NCBI GenBank assembly: GCA_035699725.1
Contig: DASSPG010000144.1
Span: forward strand, 1 to 57,055
Direction of reading: 5' to 3'
Origin: Candidatus Limnocylindrales bacterium
GTDB taxonomy: Bacteria > Chloroflexota > Limnocylindria > Limnocylindrales > CSP1-4
Length of the DNA: 57,055 nucleotides
The stretch's first letter is position 1. Each line of letters starts with the position of its first letter. Under the pieces are notes generated by a model. That model had not been told where the DNA came from and made no database searches. It saw only the letters and a list, made by a program, of their open reading frames with translations. The translations under genes and the position numbers were made by a program. Positions 55,767 to 57,055 of this stretch are shown piece by piece.

Positions 55767-56492
55767 TCAGCCCAGGCGTGCCAGCCAGGCGAGGAGCGGC
55801 TTGCCTGCCGCCAGGCTGTCCGCGATGATCGCCGGCAGGTCCGGCGACTGGGCGTCCGCGTCCGACAGGTTCCGCCCGAACACGACGTCGCGGAGCTTGA
55901 GCGTCTCCGCCTCGGGATGATCCGGCGCGAACCCGGCCGGGACCCGCTGGAGGGCGTGGCCGTGGGTGCTCAACGCCCCGAAGGTCGCCCGGAACGCGGG
56001 CGCGTCCACGAGGCCCCGGAACTCCTCGGGATCGTCCGCCACCCGCCGGCGGAAGGCATCGAGCCACGGCTTCTCCGGGCGCCAATAGCCGCCACCGACA
56101 TAGATCTCGCCCGGCGAGAGGTGGAAGTAGCCGCCGCTGGAGTGGACGTTCGCCGTGTGCGACCGGCCGTCGACGTCGCCGGCTCCCTCGCCGATCCACG
56201 GGAAGCTCGCCCCGACGTTCGTCTTGTACGGCGACTTGTCCTTCGCGAACCGGACGTCGCGGTAGATCCGGAACGGCGACCTGGCCGGGTCCGCCCGGAG
56301 CGGCAGGCCGCGCGCGGCGAACTCCTCGGCGAGGGCGGCGACGAGCGCCTCGAGCGGACGCTTGAGCAGCTCCTCGTACTCGGCCTTGCGCGGCTGGAAC
56401 CATGCCCGATCGTTGTTGGCCGTGAGGTCGGCGAGGAACTGGACGGCCTCCGGCGGGAAGCCGGTGAACGTGGACGGTGTGGCGACGGCCAT
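55767..56492 (-). CDS. DUF2461 (TIGR02453) family protein
   Basis: FTGFPPEAVQFLADLTANNDRAWFQPRKAEYEELLKRPLEAL...RIYRDVRFAKDKSPYKTN...GGYFHLSPGE..VGGGYW is the family pattern. Confidence 0.8.
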   Translation of the reverse strand: MAVATPSTFTGFPPEAVQFLADLTANNDRAWFQPRKAEYEELLKRPLEALVAALAEEFAARGLPLRADPARSPFRIYRDVRFAKDKSPYKTNVGASFPWIGEGAGDVDGRSHTANVHSSGGYFHLSPGEIYVGGGYWRPEKPWLDAFRRRVADDPEEFRGLVDAPAFRATFGALSTHGHALQRVPAGFAPDHPEAETLKLRDVVFGRNLSDADAQSPDLPAIIADSLAAGKPLLAWLARLG

Positions 56493-56540
56493 GACTCGGG
56501 TCTCCTGAACGCGGCGTCCACCGATCCTACGCCGCGCGGC

Positions 56541-56756
56541 TCATCCGTTGGTTATCCGTGATGCGTCGACGTACCGCGGCGGCCGTCGCCGGCGGAGGCC
56601 CTGGGACATCGAGATCGCGAACACCGCGCCGATCAGGATGGCGAGGGCGATCCCGACCGGTGACGTCCAGCCGCCGCCGACCACCAGGCCGAGCAGCCCG
56701 ACGACCGCGCCCCCGATCACGCTCGTCGCCAGCGGCCGCCGCTGGAAGAGGTTCAC
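56541..56756 (-). CDS. small membrane protein (71 aa), hypothetical
   Basis: The GTG overlaps the fabF-like stop (GTGA). It has two hydrophobic helices (SVIGGAVVGLLGLVVGGG; VGIALAILIGAVFAI) and a basic tail. Confidence 0.4.
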   Translation of the reverse strand: MNLFQRRPLATSVIGGAVVGLLGLVVGGGWTSPVGIALAILIGAVFAISMSQGLRRRRPPRYVDASRITNG

Positions 56757-57055
56757 CCGTCGACCGCGCCGAGGACCAGGGCCGCATTGAGGCCGCCGAA
56801 CCCGAACGAGGTCGACAGGATCCGTCGGTAGGTGCCGTCGCGGCCGACGCCGTCGTGGAGCAGCCCCGGCAGGAGCGCGCCGACGGCGGGGTCGACCGTC
56901 TCGAGGTTGGCCGAGCCGGGCACCCAGCCGTCCCGGATCGCGAGGGCGCAGATCGCCGCCTCGATGGCGCCCGATGCGCCGAGCGGATGGCCGTACAGCG
57001 CCTTCGTGCCGCTCACCGGCACGGTCGCCGCCCGCGCGCCCAGCGCCAGGGCGAT
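56753..57055 (-). CDS. beta-ketoacyl-ACP synthase (FabF-like), 3' end only (continues past window end)
   Basis: The frame is open to the window edge. ...VSGTKALYGHPLGASGAIEAAICALAIRDGWVPGSANLE...ILSTSFGFGGLNAALVL is the conserved KAS C-terminus. Confidence 0.85.
   Translation of the reverse strand: MALALGARAATVPVSGTKALYGHPLGASGAIEAAICALAIRDGWVPGSANLETVDPAVGALLPGLLHDGVGRDGTYRRILSTSFGFGGLNAALVLGAVDG

Overview
This is a very GC-rich, densely coding chromosomal segment; third codon positions are almost always G or C. Gene content and style look like an Actinomycetota-type genome: an MtrAB-LpqB-like module, a RegX3-like regulator, an IdeR/DtxR-like regulator, and many apparently leaderless genes. 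I recognise about 60 CDSs. I found no rRNA, tRNA, CRISPR array, transposase or integrase. Many very long ORFs in the track are antisense shadow frames, expected in high-GC DNA, and were rejected.

Content, left to right:
- a class-III aminotransferase with a NitT/TauT-type ABC importer
- a secreted papain-fold peptidase followed by a repeat-rich 560-bp spacer
- upp and an asparaginase-II
- a membrane-anchored J-domain protein
- ideR-like, gltX, an orphan regX3-like response regulator, pit and proS
- a large polytopic membrane protein paired with a second J-domain protein
- a DEAD-box helicase
- an mtrA/mtrB/lpqB-like module
- a roughly 20-kb phosphate, polyphosphate and arsenic supercluster: DUF47, an orphan PhoR/SenX3-like kinase, an EEP phosphatase, GDPD, arsR/arsM with two small ORFs, pstSCAB-phoU-arsC-sixA, an Ala/Lys-rich AT-hook protein, ppx, CYTH-CHAD, ppk1, YbjQ and DUF971
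- an ABC-2 exporter, a ligase-like protein that has lost its catalytic lysines, an S9 peptidase, a cupredoxin, deoC, a GNAT, DUF2461 and the 3' end of a fabF-like gene

Best candidates for undescribed biology:
1. The translationally coupled DUF971-YbjQ-small membrane protein-ppk1-CYTH/CHAD operon.
2. The pst-phoU operon extended by arsC and a SixA-type histidine phosphatase.
3. The pump-less ars locus with two unannotated small proteins, one ending in a vicinal Cys pair.
4. Two atypical J-domain proteins tied to membranes.
5. The catalytically dead ligase-like protein.
6. Unusual intergenic tandem repeats and a recurring 10-mer.

All functional calls rest on motifs I recognise by eye. No database search was run.
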